64,000 nucleotides of DNA, taken from assembly GCA_965198115.1 (NCBI GenBank), contig OZ240241.1, positions 5,760,001-5,824,000 on the forward strand, in the 5' to 3' direction. The translations under genes and the position numbers were made by a program. This document shows positions 10,760 to 22,830 of this stretch, in pieces (the stretch's first letter is position 1; every line of letters begins with the position of its first letter). Under the pieces are notes generated by a model, which did not search any database, was not told the origin of the DNA, and saw only the letters and a program-made list of their open reading frames with translations. The DNA is from Candidatus Latescibacterota bacterium. GTDB lineage: Bacteria; Latescibacterota; UBA2968.

Positions 10760-11665
10760 CTACGTGATTGGACCCATATCGCCCAGGTAGGGTAGGGGCT
10801 GTTGTGGCCGGTTGGGTCGAGACACTTTTTCGGGGTATTGCACGAGTGCTTTGGCCCACGCGTCGCGCCACGTTGCGTAGGAGGTTTCACAGTCGGGGTT
10901 CACGCGACTGCGAGCATCGAATGAGGGCCAGAACGACCGACCGGTCGGGGTTCCTCGTGCCTGATATCGGACGTCCATGCTCCATCGGATTTTGTCGGTG
11001 TTGTTGGGACCGGATGAGTGGGGCGTGAGCTTGTGGATGAGGATCACGTCCCCTTTTCGCATGGGCACAGAAACCCAATTACCGTCGGGCATTTCACCAT
11101 CCCAGTAGACCGTGCGGTTAAGGTGGACGCTAGGCATGACGCGGAGACAACCGTTTTCTTCGGACGTATCGCAAAACGGGACCCAGACGGTGATGAAGAA
11201 AACATCGTCCGCCTCCTCGTGAAGGAAGATGGCATCCTGGTGCCAGAAGACGACGTTGGAGTTTTTGCCCGTGTCCTCGTCGGTCGGAAGCTTGGCCCGA
11301 ATATGTGACATCGGACTGCAGCAGATTTCGGGACCAATCAGACCTTCGACCAGGTCGAGAAGGTTCGGACATCGCATGAACAGGAACGTACCTTCGCCCC
11401 GAACCTGTCCGATGTCGAGCGCCGCGTCGGATTCGAAGTAGGTGGCATCATCCTCGTCGCAGATACGGGCGAGCCGTGTGTCGAACGGCTCATATTCGTA
11501 GAGGTAACCAATGCGATTTTTTTCGTATAGGTCGTTGGCGAGTCGATCGACGACGTCTTCGTAATCTGAGATGACGAGATCGATGTCGGCGTTCGTGAGG
11601 GCGCCCTCGACGACGACGTAGCCGTCGGTTTTGAATTGGGCGAGGTGTTGGTCTGTGAGTGTCAT
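10760..11665 (-). CDS. PhyH family dioxygenase
   Basis: WHQD, ENGCL, KGD...PHSSGPN...RWSMDVRY. Confidence 0.9.
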   Translation of the reverse strand: MTLTDQHLAQFKTDGYVVVEGALTNADIDLVISDYEDVVDRLANDLYEKNRIGYLYEYEPFDTRLARICDEDDATYFESDAALDIGQVRGEGTFLFMRCPNLLDLVEGLIGPEICCSPMSHIRAKLPTDEDTGKNSNVVFWHQDAIFLHEEADDVFFITVWVPFCDTSEENGCLRVMPSVHLNRTVYWDGEMPDGNWVSVPMRKGDVILIHKLTPHSSGPNNTDKIRWSMDVRYQARGTPTGRSFWPSFDARSRVNPDCETSYATWRDAWAKALVQYPEKVSRPNRPQQPLPYLGDMGPIT

Positions 11666-11691
11666 TGGATTGGCTGATATGGTGCGCGAAT

Positions 11692-11796
11692 TGTCACCCC
11701 GGTAAGCTTCTAGGCCGGGGTCCATTCTGCCCGCACAGGCGCATACACGAGAGGGCGGAAAAATGGGTCCCGGCTCAGATGCTCACCGGGATGACA
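11692..11796. repeat. Family D composite palindrome (TGTCAYCCCGG...CCGGGATGACA); close copy at 16656-16742, degenerate relatives at about 28819-28940, 39464-39657 and 62109-62297
   Basis: Inverted termini and inner GGCCGGGGTCCA/TGGGTCCCGGC arms shared with 16656-16742. Confidence 0.8.
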
Positions 11797-11816
11797 GATC
11801 GTTGCAACAGTCGTCC

Positions 11817-12785
11817 TCACGATTCCCATTGCTTGACAGCCTTGCTGAAGGCCACGCTCGCTTTGTCCAATCGGATCCTGATGTCTCGTGGCAACTCGAG
11901 ATCGACTCCTGCGAGCAATTCATCCACGTGATCCGGATGCTCGGGGCCCGCGAGGACGGCTGACGCTTCGGGATGGTTGAGGACCCAGGCGATACAGATC
12001 TGGGCGCGTGTGACGCCAAGGTCGTCGGCGACGGCATCTACCACCTCGTGAAGCCCTTCGAGAGGAGAGCCTCGCTCAGGTTCGTAGGACGTGGCCAGGT
12101 GGGCGACGTCGAGGGGGCTGAAGAACATCGTTCCAAGACCGTACCTGTTGATTACTGGGAACATCTCACGCTCTAGCCAGCGTATTCTTGATTGGCCGTC
12201 AGTCTTGGCTGAATAGGCGCCGGCGATATTGTAGTAGTCCTCGAGCACGGACGGGGGCACTGAGCCCGATGCTTTGGCGATTTCCGCGCATTCGGCGACG
12301 ACGCTGGGTTCGTGGTTGGACAATCCCCAGTAGCGTGTTTTCCCGGATTGAACCAGGCGGTCCATCGATGCACATATCCCCTCGAGCGGCGTTTCGGGAT
12401 CGGGTTGATGGAGGAGGTAGACGTCAATGTGGTCCGTGCGAAGCCGTCCGAGCGCGGCGTCAAGTTGCTCTGTCAGATAGGTTTGGGTGTAGTGGGTAGG
12501 CGTTCCCGGTTCGCCCTCCGCTTTCGGTGGATGTGTCGGTGGAACCTTCGTGCAAATGACGACCTGGTCGCGTCGACCCTCCAGGACTTTCCCCAGTAGT
12601 TCTTCCGCGCCTCCCCAGCCATACGCGTATGCCGAATCGAAGAACGTCACGCCTCGGTCCAGGCAATGCCGCAACACGCGTTCGGCCATTGGCTCGTCGG
12701 CGTGGCGGGGGAGATGGCGGAAGGCCGTGCCCTGGCAGTAGCGGGTGACGGTGAGGTCGGTGTTGCCGAGTTGTATGGTTTTCAT
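11817..12785 (-). CDS. Aldo/keto reductase
   Basis: FFDSAYAYG, ICTK, LRTDHIDVYLLH, GLSN. Confidence 0.92.
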   Translation of the reverse strand: MKTIQLGNTDLTVTRYCQGTAFRHLPRHADEPMAERVLRHCLDRGVTFFDSAYAYGWGGAEELLGKVLEGRRDQVVICTKVPPTHPPKAEGEPGTPTHYTQTYLTEQLDAALGRLRTDHIDVYLLHQPDPETPLEGICASMDRLVQSGKTRYWGLSNHEPSVVAECAEIAKASGSVPPSVLEDYYNIAGAYSAKTDGQSRIRWLEREMFPVINRYGLGTMFFSPLDVAHLATSYEPERGSPLEGLHEVVDAVADDLGVTRAQICIAWVLNHPEASAVLAGPEHPDHVDELLAGVDLELPRDIRIRLDKASVAFSKAVKQWES

Positions 12786-12805
12786 TGAACCGAGGACGCC
12801 ATTTC

Positions 12806-12941
12806 GCGTGGGGATGAATCCCCACGCTATGGTAGCCCTTCGTCTTCGCTCAGGATAAACTCCGCCCGCTGAAGCGGGCTATGGTTGTCAGCCGGCTTCA
12901 GCCGGCTTCGCATTCCTAGCGTAGGGCTTCAGCCCTACGCG
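12806..12941. repeat. Family A REP-like doublets, two units in inverted arrangement; other copies at about 1886-1930, 32599-32672, 33628-33677, 34749-34803 and 39717-39771
   Basis: Paired hairpins AGCCCGCTTCAGCGGGCT and GCGTGGGGCTTTAGCCCCACG. Confidence 0.88.
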
Positions 12942-12960
12942 CACGGCGGGAGCAGTCACG

Positions 12961-13272
12961 TCAATCCTCGACTCGCTCGAGTTTGTAGAAGACGGGGCGG
13001 AAACCGTCGGTGCAGCAGGTGACGAAGACACCCGGTTTGCAGCCCAGGAAGTTTCCGCCGCGGGCGAGTACCATCACGTATTTCTGCATGTCGCACCACG
13101 CCCAGTCGGGGATGCCTTCGGGCGCGTGGCCGGTGGTTTCGAAATACTGGCCGATCTCGAGGTCGTGACAGCAGCCGGTCGTCCAATCGCCGCAGCCATC
13201 GGTGAGTTCTGCGACCAACTCGTGGTTGACGGTCTTTTTGACGACGGTGATGCGGACTTTATGTGGGTTCAT
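12961..13272 (-). CDS. TIGR04076 family Cys-rich small protein
   Basis: KVRITVVKK...P(EG)...WAW...CCTDGFRPVFYKLER. Confidence 0.85.
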   Translation of the reverse strand: MNPHKVRITVVKKTVNHELVAELTDGCGDWTTGCCHDLEIGQYFETTGHAPEGIPDWAWCDMQKYVMVLARGGNFLGCKPGVFVTCCTDGFRPVFYKLERVED

Positions 13273-13310
13273 GGATCCTCTCTCTTTTAGAAGCGGAAGG
13301 CTTGGAACCA

Positions 13311-13334
13311 CCCTTCGACTACGCTCAGGGCAGG
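13311..13334 (+). repeat. Family B micro-element CCCTTCGACTNCGCTCAGGGCAGG; nine copies or variants in the window
   Basis: Copies start near 12836, 13311, 19365, 28894, 32616 (reverse), 32718 (reverse), 33516, 37511 and 51814. Confidence 0.85.
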
Positions 13335-13625
13335 CGCCTGAACACAGATGGACACGGATGGGGTGGCTGACCCGAGATAGAGGCCCATCAGGGAACGAGA
13401 CTGGTGGTACGGCAGAGCAGATGATCTCGCAAGGTCGATGACCCTACCTCTGGTAATCACTCTTTGGAATCATCATGATATTGAGGAAGGTCTTTGCATC
13501 AAAGCCCCAGCTGAGTGCTCCTTGGGCTGTTCCGAGCCGGGTTTCGTGGTTGGGCCTGTGGCGTTATATTCGCGATCCGGAAACGGGACTATCCATTCTA
13601 CCCCGCAACCTGAAGGAGGTCGACG

Positions 13626-14381
13626 GTGGCCATCACGGGTGATTTCGAAGCATATCTGACGGACAAGTGGTACGGGCATCAGATCACGGTTACAGCGCTT
13701 CTCGAAGCGGAGGCGGAGGCGGGTTTCGATTATGCGGTGGTGATGCCACAGACGGCGGAAGTGCCGGACAACGACAACCTGCTGGAGAAGACGGCTGGCA
13801 ACCCGCACACGCTGCCGTGCGTCCTGATGGATCCAAAGCGTGGCGACGAGGGTGTGGAGGACCTGAAGGATTTGGTTTCACGTGGTGCGCAGGGCATGAA
13901 GCTGATGGGTGCGATTCACAAGTATGAGATCGACGATCCGATGGTCTTCCCATTCGTCGACGCTGCGGGGGAACTCGGGATCGTCATTTCGGTGCACTCG
14001 GGAAAAGACAACTGCAGCGCCGATCGGATTTCGAAACTTGCCGAGCGCGTGCCGGATACGCCGATGATCATCGACCATATGGGATACCCAGACAATTTTG
14101 AAGACGCGCTGCAGGTTTGCAGGGACCATTCGAACACGTATATGGGAACCACCTTGCTGCGGTTTCACAAACTGTGGGCGAATAATCCCGAAGAGACGAT
14201 TGTGGGGGGCGTGACGCAGGTCGTGGAAGAACTGGGTGCGGAGCGGGTGGTATTCGGCTCGAACCTGCCGGAGTATCGCCCCATCCAGGTGAAGCGGGCG
14301 ATTCAGCGGCTGAACCTGGGCGCTGATGCAGAGGAGCTGATCTTCGGGGGGAACCTGGCGCGGATTTATGGGCTGAACTGA
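13626..14381 (+). CDS. Amidohydrolase family (Amidohydro_2) protein
   Basis: GMKL, VHSG, IIDHMG, RVVFGSN, GGNLARI; AAGGAGG RBS before GTG. Confidence 0.85.
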   Translation: MAITGDFEAYLTDKWYGHQITVTALLEAEAEAGFDYAVVMPQTAEVPDNDNLLEKTAGNPHTLPCVLMDPKRGDEGVEDLKDLVSRGAQGMKLMGAIHKYEIDDPMVFPFVDAAGELGIVISVHSGKDNCSADRISKLAERVPDTPMIIDHMGYPDNFEDALQVCRDHSNTYMGTTLLRFHKLWANNPEETIVGGVTQVVEELGAERVVFGSNLPEYRPIQVKRAIQRLNLGADAEELIFGGNLARIYGLN

Positions 14382-14392
14382 AAAGTGGAAGC

Positions 14393-14422
14393 AACCACTG
14401 AGGACACGGAGGACGCGGAGAA
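14393..14422 (+). repeat. Family F 8/9-nt periodic repeat (ACCAC.GAG.ACAC.GAG type); more than 12 copies
   Basis: Also near 13306, 20254-20312, 22660, 33495, 34665, 41178, 46796, 57360, 58960, 60933 and 62036; reverse copies near 20375, 22790 and 34803. Confidence 0.85.
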
Positions 14423-14542
14423 AACCTGGAGAATGGTCAGAAGTTCTGAGGAGCCATCATAACCTCGGAGTAGCTGGGCGGGTTCCAGGACCGCCCACCC
14501 CCGTTGTTGCTCAGTTTGAGGACCTTGTCTCGCAAATTGAGA

Positions 14543-14577
14543 AGGCCCGGTGGATGAATTCACCGGGCCTCTCTTTG
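14543..14577. terminator. Probable intrinsic terminator between convergent genes
   Basis: 10-bp stem AGGCCCGGTG/CACCGGGCCT followed by CTCTTT. Confidence 0.6.
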
Positions 14578-14595
14578 TGCACGACGGGAGAGCAG

Positions 14596-16554
<1,959 letters not shown>

Positions 16555-16797
16555 TGAACGCTCCTTTAACGGCGATATCCGATATCTGACGTTCGATATC
16601 AGAGAACTGCTCGGTCTCAACCGGGGTTGATAGTCTTCCCAATCAAGCAAGGTACTGTCACCCCGGTATGCTTCTTAGCCGGGGCCCATTTTGATCTCGC
16701 AAATCAGAATGGATCCCGGCCCAACAGCATACCGGGATGACATTGCTTCGCTCATTACTTCTGATGAGACGGCTACTTCTGCGTTTTGTCCTGTTCC

Positions 16798-17997
16798 TCA
16801 GAGCCAGCCGGCCACCGTCCACATCACACTCAATCGACCGAACTCAGCGCCGAGCAGCTTCGGATAGTCGGTAATGGGATCTGCGCCGTAGCGGCGAACG
16901 TATTCGGCGTGGATGCGGCTTTCGACGTCGCTTTCCACTGTCATAGGTAGGTCAATCCACTGGTTACCCAGATCGTGGCTGGCGTGAATTGAGATCCAGA
17001 GTTCCATGTCACGTCGACCGTTTTCGGGACCGTAGACCGGGTCGGTGTTTTCGGTGACAGCGCGATGAAGGCTGGTGAGGATTTCCGCCTTCGCCACGTC
17101 GTCGTTCCCGGTGACCTTCTGTCCCTTGAAAGGATTCTCCCACACGACGGGTGGATCGGTTGGGACGCGAACAGCTGACAGAATCTGTTCTCCGTCGATC
17201 TCCTCGTAGATGTCCTCGAATGAGTAGGCGACTTGTTCTCGATTCTCAATGATTGCAAGTTCGCTTCCGGACAGATACCCATTCGACCCCTCGACGTCCC
17301 AGTTGACGCCTCGGGGACTCGGGCCCGCCGGCATTTCGTAGAGACAGACGACATCGTCTTCGAATTCGATCGTGCCGCTATCCCAGACCCGTGTCGTCTC
17401 CTCAATCCCGCCGTAACTCGTAAAGGGTCTCACGTCGATGCGTTGCACGTAGCCCTGCACGCGTTTGGTGGGCTTGTTGATGACCATCCGGACGCCGTTG
17501 AACCCGTGGTAGCTTCCGTGCGTGTAGCAGAGCCGGGCGTGCTTGATTTCACCGAACAAGCCCTGCCGCACGATCTCGTGCTTGAGCTGCTCGTGAGGCC
17601 ATCGCCAGACGTTTTCGGCGACTTCCCACTTTACGCCCTTGTCCTTCGCTGCCTTCGCGATAGCATCGCCCATCGGCAGGGTGAGCGCATACGGGATCTC
17701 GGTGATGATGTGACAGCCGTGATCGATGGCCGTTAGAGCGTGGACGATCTGTCCGTCGGTGGGGACGAGGATGAAGACGACGTCGGGCTTTTCGGTCTCG
17801 AGCATCTTCTCGAAATCGGTGTAGCGGGATCCGATGCTGAACTGATCGCCCACTGTTTGGAGCGATTCGCCACTATGATCGCAGATCGCGCAGAGATCAA
17901 AACGATCGTCGAGCTTGAGCATCGTGGCGATGTAGCCGCGGGCGCGTGAGGTTTCGTGGGCGCCGACGCCGACGACGGCGAGTTTGAGTTTGGTCAT
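16798..17997 (-). CDS. Gfo/Idh/MocA family oxidoreductase
   Basis: LAVVGVG Rossmann start; HIITEIP (variant of the EKP motif). Confidence 0.85.
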   Translation of the reverse strand: MTKLKLAVVGVGAHETSRARGYIATMLKLDDRFDLCAICDHSGESLQTVGDQFSIGSRYTDFEKMLETEKPDVVFILVPTDGQIVHALTAIDHGCHIITEIPYALTLPMGDAIAKAAKDKGVKWEVAENVWRWPHEQLKHEIVRQGLFGEIKHARLCYTHGSYHGFNGVRMVINKPTKRVQGYVQRIDVRPFTSYGGIEETTRVWDSGTIEFEDDVVCLYEMPAGPSPRGVNWDVEGSNGYLSGSELAIIENREQVAYSFEDIYEEIDGEQILSAVRVPTDPPVVWENPFKGQKVTGNDDVAKAEILTSLHRAVTENTDPVYGPENGRRDMELWISIHASHDLGNQWIDLPMTVESDVESRIHAEYVRRYGADPITDYPKLLGAEFGRLSVMWTVAGWL

Positions 17998-18019
17998 TGT
18001 GCGTATTTACAATGGCTGC

Positions 18020-18187
18020 CCCCGTGCAGAGCACGGGGCCGAGCGACAGGGCACCTTTGTTGGTGGCCGGGCAGGAGCCCGGCCGTGGCCAATCGTCCGA
18101 TCGTGCGGGGCCGCGCCAATCGTGCGTTCGGGGCTCGAGCCTTCACCTTTACGCGTTACGCTAGTCCCCGTGCTCCGCACGGGGACG
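18020..18187. repeat. Family I palindromes CCCCGTGC...GCACGGGG at 18020 and 18165; third copy at 19312
   Basis: Three near-identical hairpins; a related hairpin GTTCCCAGG...CCTGGGAAC lies at about 3478. Confidence 0.75.
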
Positions 18188-19240
18188 CTATTCCGGCACA
18201 ACACTGCTGATGAAGTCGGCGCCTCTTACGATGACGGGTGTGTCGATGTTCTCCAACGGGAAATCGACGCGAGCGTTGCCCAGTTTTTCGGATTCGTGGA
18301 ACGAGAGGACCATCTCCAGAGCGGCGTGTCCGTCGTGGCCGGTCGATGCGGTGTCTTCGTTCTTCTCCAGACTCTCGACGATTTCCTCTGCTGAGAGGGG
18401 GATGACGCAGCGTCCGTTTCCGAAGGTGTTCAGCTTCTGATCCTCGGGTACTTCAGGGAACGGACGCTCCTCGCCGTCCACGAATAGTTTGAATTCGGGT
18501 CCACGCCCGCTACTGACGCCGATTCGGCCGTTCGATCCGATGAGCTCGAACAGGTATTGGGCATTGGTGCCCGTGACGCCGTTGACGACGCATTCGACCC
18601 CGCTCTTGAAGGAGAAGTAGCCACTTCCTCTGGGGTCGAGGGCGTCAGGATCCTCCAGCCGACCCATCGCCCACTCGACGTCGCCCGCGAAGTAGCGGAG
18701 CATGTCGAAGTAGTGGGTGCCGTTGTTCGCGAGTCCTGCGGAATAGTGACAGGACATCGCTCGCAGGTCTCCGATCGTTCCATCGTTCAACAGCTCGCCG
18801 ATTTTCCGGTAATGCCAATCGAACCGACGGCCGTGGTTGATACTGAGCCGAACGCCGTTCTTTTCGCAAGCGTCAATCATTTCGTCGGCTTCGCGAAGGG
18901 TAACGGCCATCGACTTCTCGCAGAAGATGGCTTTAACGCCGGATTCGGCCGCGGCGACGACCATATCCCGATGCGGAACGGGATACGTGCAGACGCTGAC
19001 GATGTCGAGCTGCTCCTTGTCGAGCATCTCCTGCCAGTCGACATACATAGATGGCACATCCCATCGTGCGCCGAAGGCGATACGTCGTTCGTCGTTCGCG
19101 TCGGCGGCGGCTACGATCCTCGTGCGATCGCAGTGGTCGTAGCATCCCGCGTGGGTGTTTGGGGTGCCGCGTTCGGGTTCCTGTTCGAGCAGGCTGGCGA
19201 TGCGGCCGCAGCCTATGATGCCGACGGTGTAATTATCCAA
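18188..19240 (-). CDS. Gfo/Idh/MocA family oxidoreductase
   Basis: IIGCGRI, IFCEKS, NHGRR, GTHYFD. Confidence 0.92.
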   Translation of the reverse strand: MDNYTVGIIGCGRIASLLEQEPERGTPNTHAGCYDHCDRTRIVAAADANDERRIAFGARWDVPSMYVDWQEMLDKEQLDIVSVCTYPVPHRDMVVAAAESGVKAIFCEKSMAVTLREADEMIDACEKNGVRLSINHGRRFDWHYRKIGELLNDGTIGDLRAMSCHYSAGLANNGTHYFDMLRYFAGDVEWAMGRLEDPDALDPRGSGYFSFKSGVECVVNGVTGTNAQYLFELIGSNGRIGVSSGRGPEFKLFVDGEERPFPEVPEDQKLNTFGNGRCVIPLSAEEIVESLEKNEDTASTGHDGHAALEMVLSFHESEKLGNARVDFPLENIDTPVIVRGADFISSVVPE

Positions 19241-19356
19241 CTCTCAGATCTCCAAGGCGACTATCACGAACCGTAGAGAGCTCTGTCGGTTCATGCGAGA
19301 CAGTATCGGCGCCCCGTGCAGAGCACGGGGACGCCATTGGGGTGGATCTACCGGCA

Positions 19357-19468
19357 CCGTCCGTCCCTTCGACTCCGCTCAGGGCAGGCTCTTCGATATG
19401 ACGATCTCGGTTTCTCGCTCAGGCTTCGCCTATCGATCTCGCGAGACGTCTACTCAGGATGAACGGTG
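19357..19468. repeat. Family C element (CCGTTCGTCCTTCGATA...TACTCAGGATGAACGG); copies at 25331-25530 and about 55583-55782
   Basis: GCGAGACGTCTACTCAGGATGAACGG is identical near 19441 and 25395; the other two loci carry inverted pairs. Confidence 0.8.
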
Positions 19469-19488
19469 GTAACGATCCCTCAATTCGG

Positions 19489-20232
19489 CTATCGGTCGTC
19501 GGCGCTGTCCTGGGGTTCGAAGCCGAGGACCTCTTTGGCGTGGGTCATGTCGCGGTAGCCGTATTTGTTGTTCGAGATGACGTAGAAGATGTCGTACTTC
19601 ACGTGGTTGGGTGCTTCGATGCAGGCGCGTACCATTCGAGCAATATCGCCCTGGCTGAGCCAGACGGATTTCTGTCGGGTCTGAAGGGGTTTGTCTTCTG
19701 CGTTCACGGCACCGATACGGAGGCAGATCATCGACATGCCTGCCGTGTCTGAAAAATGACGGGCGAGGGCTTCGCCCCACACTTTCGTGCAGCCGTAGAT
19801 GCCCTTTGGATGGATCGGGCTGAGGTGCGTGAGATTTTCCCATTCACCGGCATCGTCATAGCGGCCCTCGCCCAGGGCTTTGTAAGGCTCGATCGATTCG
19901 TAGCCGGCGATCGTGGAGCCGCTGCTGGCCGCGATGACGCGCCCGATGCCGGCCTGGCGGGCGGCTTCGAAGACGTTGTAGGTGCCGATGACGTTGAAGG
20001 GCAGGAGTTGAGGCCATTCCATGTTTGCTCGCGCAATTGCCGCAAGGTGCACGACCTGATCAATGCCGTCGAACGCGGGGCGGATGGCGTCGAAGTCGGA
20101 GATGTCGGCCTGGACACATTCGACGCCGTCGACGGCGCTTCGGTTGAGGGCGCGAAGCTCGTAGTCGCCTTCGAGTTCCTTGCGGACGGCTCCGCCGATG
20201 AGACCGCTCATGCCGGTGACGAGTATTTTCAT
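19489..20232 (-). CDS. NAD-dependent epimerase/dehydratase family protein (uronate dehydrogenase-like)
   Basis: TGMSGLIG, HLAA, YGCTK, CLRIG, WLS, SNN. Confidence 0.85.
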   Translation of the reverse strand: MKILVTGMSGLIGGAVRKELEGDYELRALNRSAVDGVECVQADISDFDAIRPAFDGIDQVVHLAAIARANMEWPQLLPFNVIGTYNVFEAARQAGIGRVIAASSGSTIAGYESIEPYKALGEGRYDDAGEWENLTHLSPIHPKGIYGCTKVWGEALARHFSDTAGMSMICLRIGAVNAEDKPLQTRQKSVWLSQGDIARMVRACIEAPNHVKYDIFYVISNNKYGYRDMTHAKEVLGFEPQDSADDR

Positions 20233-20403
20233 ATGGCTCTCCAAAAAAGCTAGACTACGGAATACACGGACGAAACCAAAAACGAACCACGAAATACACG
20301 AAACACACGAAAAGGGGACAACCCTTTCTGAGGAGATCTACGTTCGTCCACCGTCCACCGTCCACCGTCCCTCTTCGCGTCTTCGTGCCTTCGTTGTTGA
20401 TTT

Positions 20404-21375
20404 TCAATCCCATTCGAGGATGACGCCGAGGGCCTTGTCGGGCTCGTTGTAGAGCATGTGATAGGCGTCGGGCGTCTTTTCCCAGGGAAGCCGGTGCGTG
20501 ATGAGTTCGGACACATTAACAGTGCCGTCGATGAGCATTTGGGCAGCCTCCTTTTCGCATTCTTCACGGGGCTGGTCGAGGCGGATGCCGGCGACGAGTT
20601 GCTTGTTCATAAAATGATCACCATCGAGGGGGAGTGGGTCGCCCTGGTATTTGGCGATCAGATGGATCGCTCCGCCGGGGGCGAGCATCTGTTGGGCCTG
20701 CTTGAATGACTCGATGCCGGCGAACCCACCCACGCACTCGACGACGAGCTCGGCACCGTTCCCACCGGTAAGTTTCTTGACCTCTTCGACGGAGTCGGTT
20801 TTGGACACGTCGATGACAACGTCCGGTTCGAGCTTGCGGGCGATGTCGCAGCGAAGCGGTTGGGCGTCGACGACGATGATCTTTCCGGGATTACGTTCGC
20901 GGATGATCTGACCACACAGGCTGCCGACGATGCCCTGGCCCAGTATGACCGCCGTTTGTCCGGGCTCGATCGGAGAGGTGCGCATCCACATGACGGAGCT
21001 GGTCGCCAGAGGGAGGAAGGTTGCCGTCTCGTAGGGCAGCTCGTCGGGGAGCGCAAACGCGCGAATCCGCGGCCCGGACGTATCTGCGAGCACGAATTGC
21101 GCGTGCGGCGCGCTGACCATCACTCGCTGGCCGACCTCGAATCCCGTGACATCGGGTCCCAGTTCGATCACTTCACCCGCGTCGGAATAGCCCATCACCT
21201 CGGGCGGGCGAGGTTCCTCGAGTACGTACCGATGAAACAGTTCTGAACCGCGACTGATCAGGCTTCGCTTGACCTCTACGAGAATCTGGCCGGGGCCGGG
21301 TTCGGGACGATCGACCTCGATCATCTGAACATTGCCGAAGCCTTGGAGTTTCTCGAGTCGTTTCATGCGTGGCAT
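20404..21375 (-). CDS. MDR-family (zinc-binding alcohol dehydrogenase-like) oxidoreductase
   Basis: GroES-like SLISRGSE and GYS in place of the Cys/GHE zinc ligands; GQGIVG. Confidence 0.85.
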   Translation of the reverse strand: MPRMKRLEKLQGFGNVQMIEVDRPEPGPGQILVEVKRSLISRGSELFHRYVLEEPRPPEVMGYSDAGEVIELGPDVTGFEVGQRVMVSAPHAQFVLADTSGPRIRAFALPDELPYETATFLPLATSSVMWMRTSPIEPGQTAVILGQGIVGSLCGQIIRERNPGKIIVVDAQPLRCDIARKLEPDVVIDVSKTDSVEEVKKLTGGNGAELVVECVGGFAGIESFKQAQQMLAPGGAIHLIAKYQGDPLPLDGDHFMNKQLVAGIRLDQPREECEKEAAQMLIDGTVNVSELITHRLPWEKTPDAYHMLYNEPDKALGVILEWD

Positions 21376-21388
21376 TTAACACTCCTAA

Positions 21389-22650
21389 GTGCATGGGTTC
21401 ATAAATATTATTACGTATGTCCTGAACATTATTTGTAGCTTATGTTCTCCTTCAAAAGGAGGAGAACAATGCCAAGACGTTCGCCTTATGTGGTGCTACT
21501 GTCTGAGAAGGAACGGGTCGACCTCGAGCGAATGGCTGGACAATATACGTTATCGTATTATCAAGTGATCCGATCGAAAATCGTGCTTCTCGCCGCCGAG
21601 GGATTATCCAACAAGATTATCGCCCAACGGTTGGATGTCCCGCGTCCGATCGTAAGCAAATGGCGTAAGCGCTTTTTCGAAGAGCGTCTTTCGGGACTCG
21701 AAGATAGATCTCGTCCCGGGCGCCCGCCCGGTTTTCCCCCCTCAGGTGGTCGTTCAGATCAAGGCGCTGGCGTGTGAACTACCGAGCGAGAGCGGGATAC
21801 CGCTCTCGCGGTTCAGCTGTTCCGAGATTGCCGCCGAGGCAGTGCAAAGGGGCTTCGTTGCCAAGATCAGCGGCGCCACTGTCTGGCGCTGGTTGAACGA
21901 GGACGCGATTCGTCCTTGGTATCATCGCTCCTGGATTTTCCCACGGGACCCGGACTTCCAAACCAAAGCAGGTAGAGTCCTTGATCTGTATCACCGCCAA
22001 TGGCAAGGAAAGCCTTTAGGGCCGAGGGAATATGTACTTTCTGCCGACGAAAAGACCAGTATTCAAGCACGAGCTCGCAAGCACGTTACCCTACCGCCAG
22101 CCTCGAACAGAGCGGCACGCGTTGAAACACGAATACGAGCGGAAAGGAGCCCTGGCCTATCTGGCTGCTCTCGACGTGCACAATGGTCGAATCTTCGGTC
22201 TCTGTGAGTCTTCTTCGGGTATCGAGCCCTTCAACCGGCCCCTGAGCCTGATCATGAGCCGGAAACCCTATTGCTCGGCAAAGAAAGTCTACCTCATCGT
22301 GGATAATGGCTCCTCGCACCGAGGGCAAACATGCATCGACCGTATCCAGGGGAAGTGGCCAAACATCCACCCCGTTCACCTTCCGATCCACGCAAGCTGG
22401 CTCAATCAGATCGAGATCTACTTCTCGATCCTCAAACGCAAGGCTCTGACACCTATCGAATTTGCATCGCTCGAAGAGCTTGAGGCAAGAATCCTCGGTT
22501 TTCAGGAACGCTACGGACGTATCGCCACACCCTTCAAATGGAAGTTCACACGAACAGATCTCGCGGAGATGATCGACAAACTCAGGTTCTACGATACGCC
22601 CTTGGCAAAGTCTGCTTAGAATACGTCACCGTATTTGAGAACAGGAGTAC
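21389..22650 (+). mobile_element. IS630-family insertion sequence
   Basis: Imperfect ~30-bp terminal inverted repeats flanked by TAA on both sides; lower GC than neighbouring genes. Confidence 0.88.
21469..22619 (+). CDS. IS630 transposase in three frames (probable programmed shift near 21735, extra shift near 22125)
   Basis: HTH ...RSRPGRP; slippery TTTTCCCCCC; DEKT, HEYER, VDN, SWLNQIE. Confidence 0.9.
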
Positions 22651-22830
22651 TAAGACTTGAACCACCAAGGCTCCAGACACCAAGAACGACACACGGATAG
22701 TGGTGGTTTCCCGGATGTAGAGACGGCCCCGAGTTGGTTGCTGCTTCTCTGTCTGGGGTTCTGCCGTTCTCAGTACAATCCTTCTGGTTTTCTTGGTGCC
22801 TTCGTGTCTTGGTGGTTTAAGGTTTGTGGT

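Noticed and set aside
16761-16790. Hammerhead ribozyme core CTGATGAG
   Set aside because: No downstream GAAA or compatible stems
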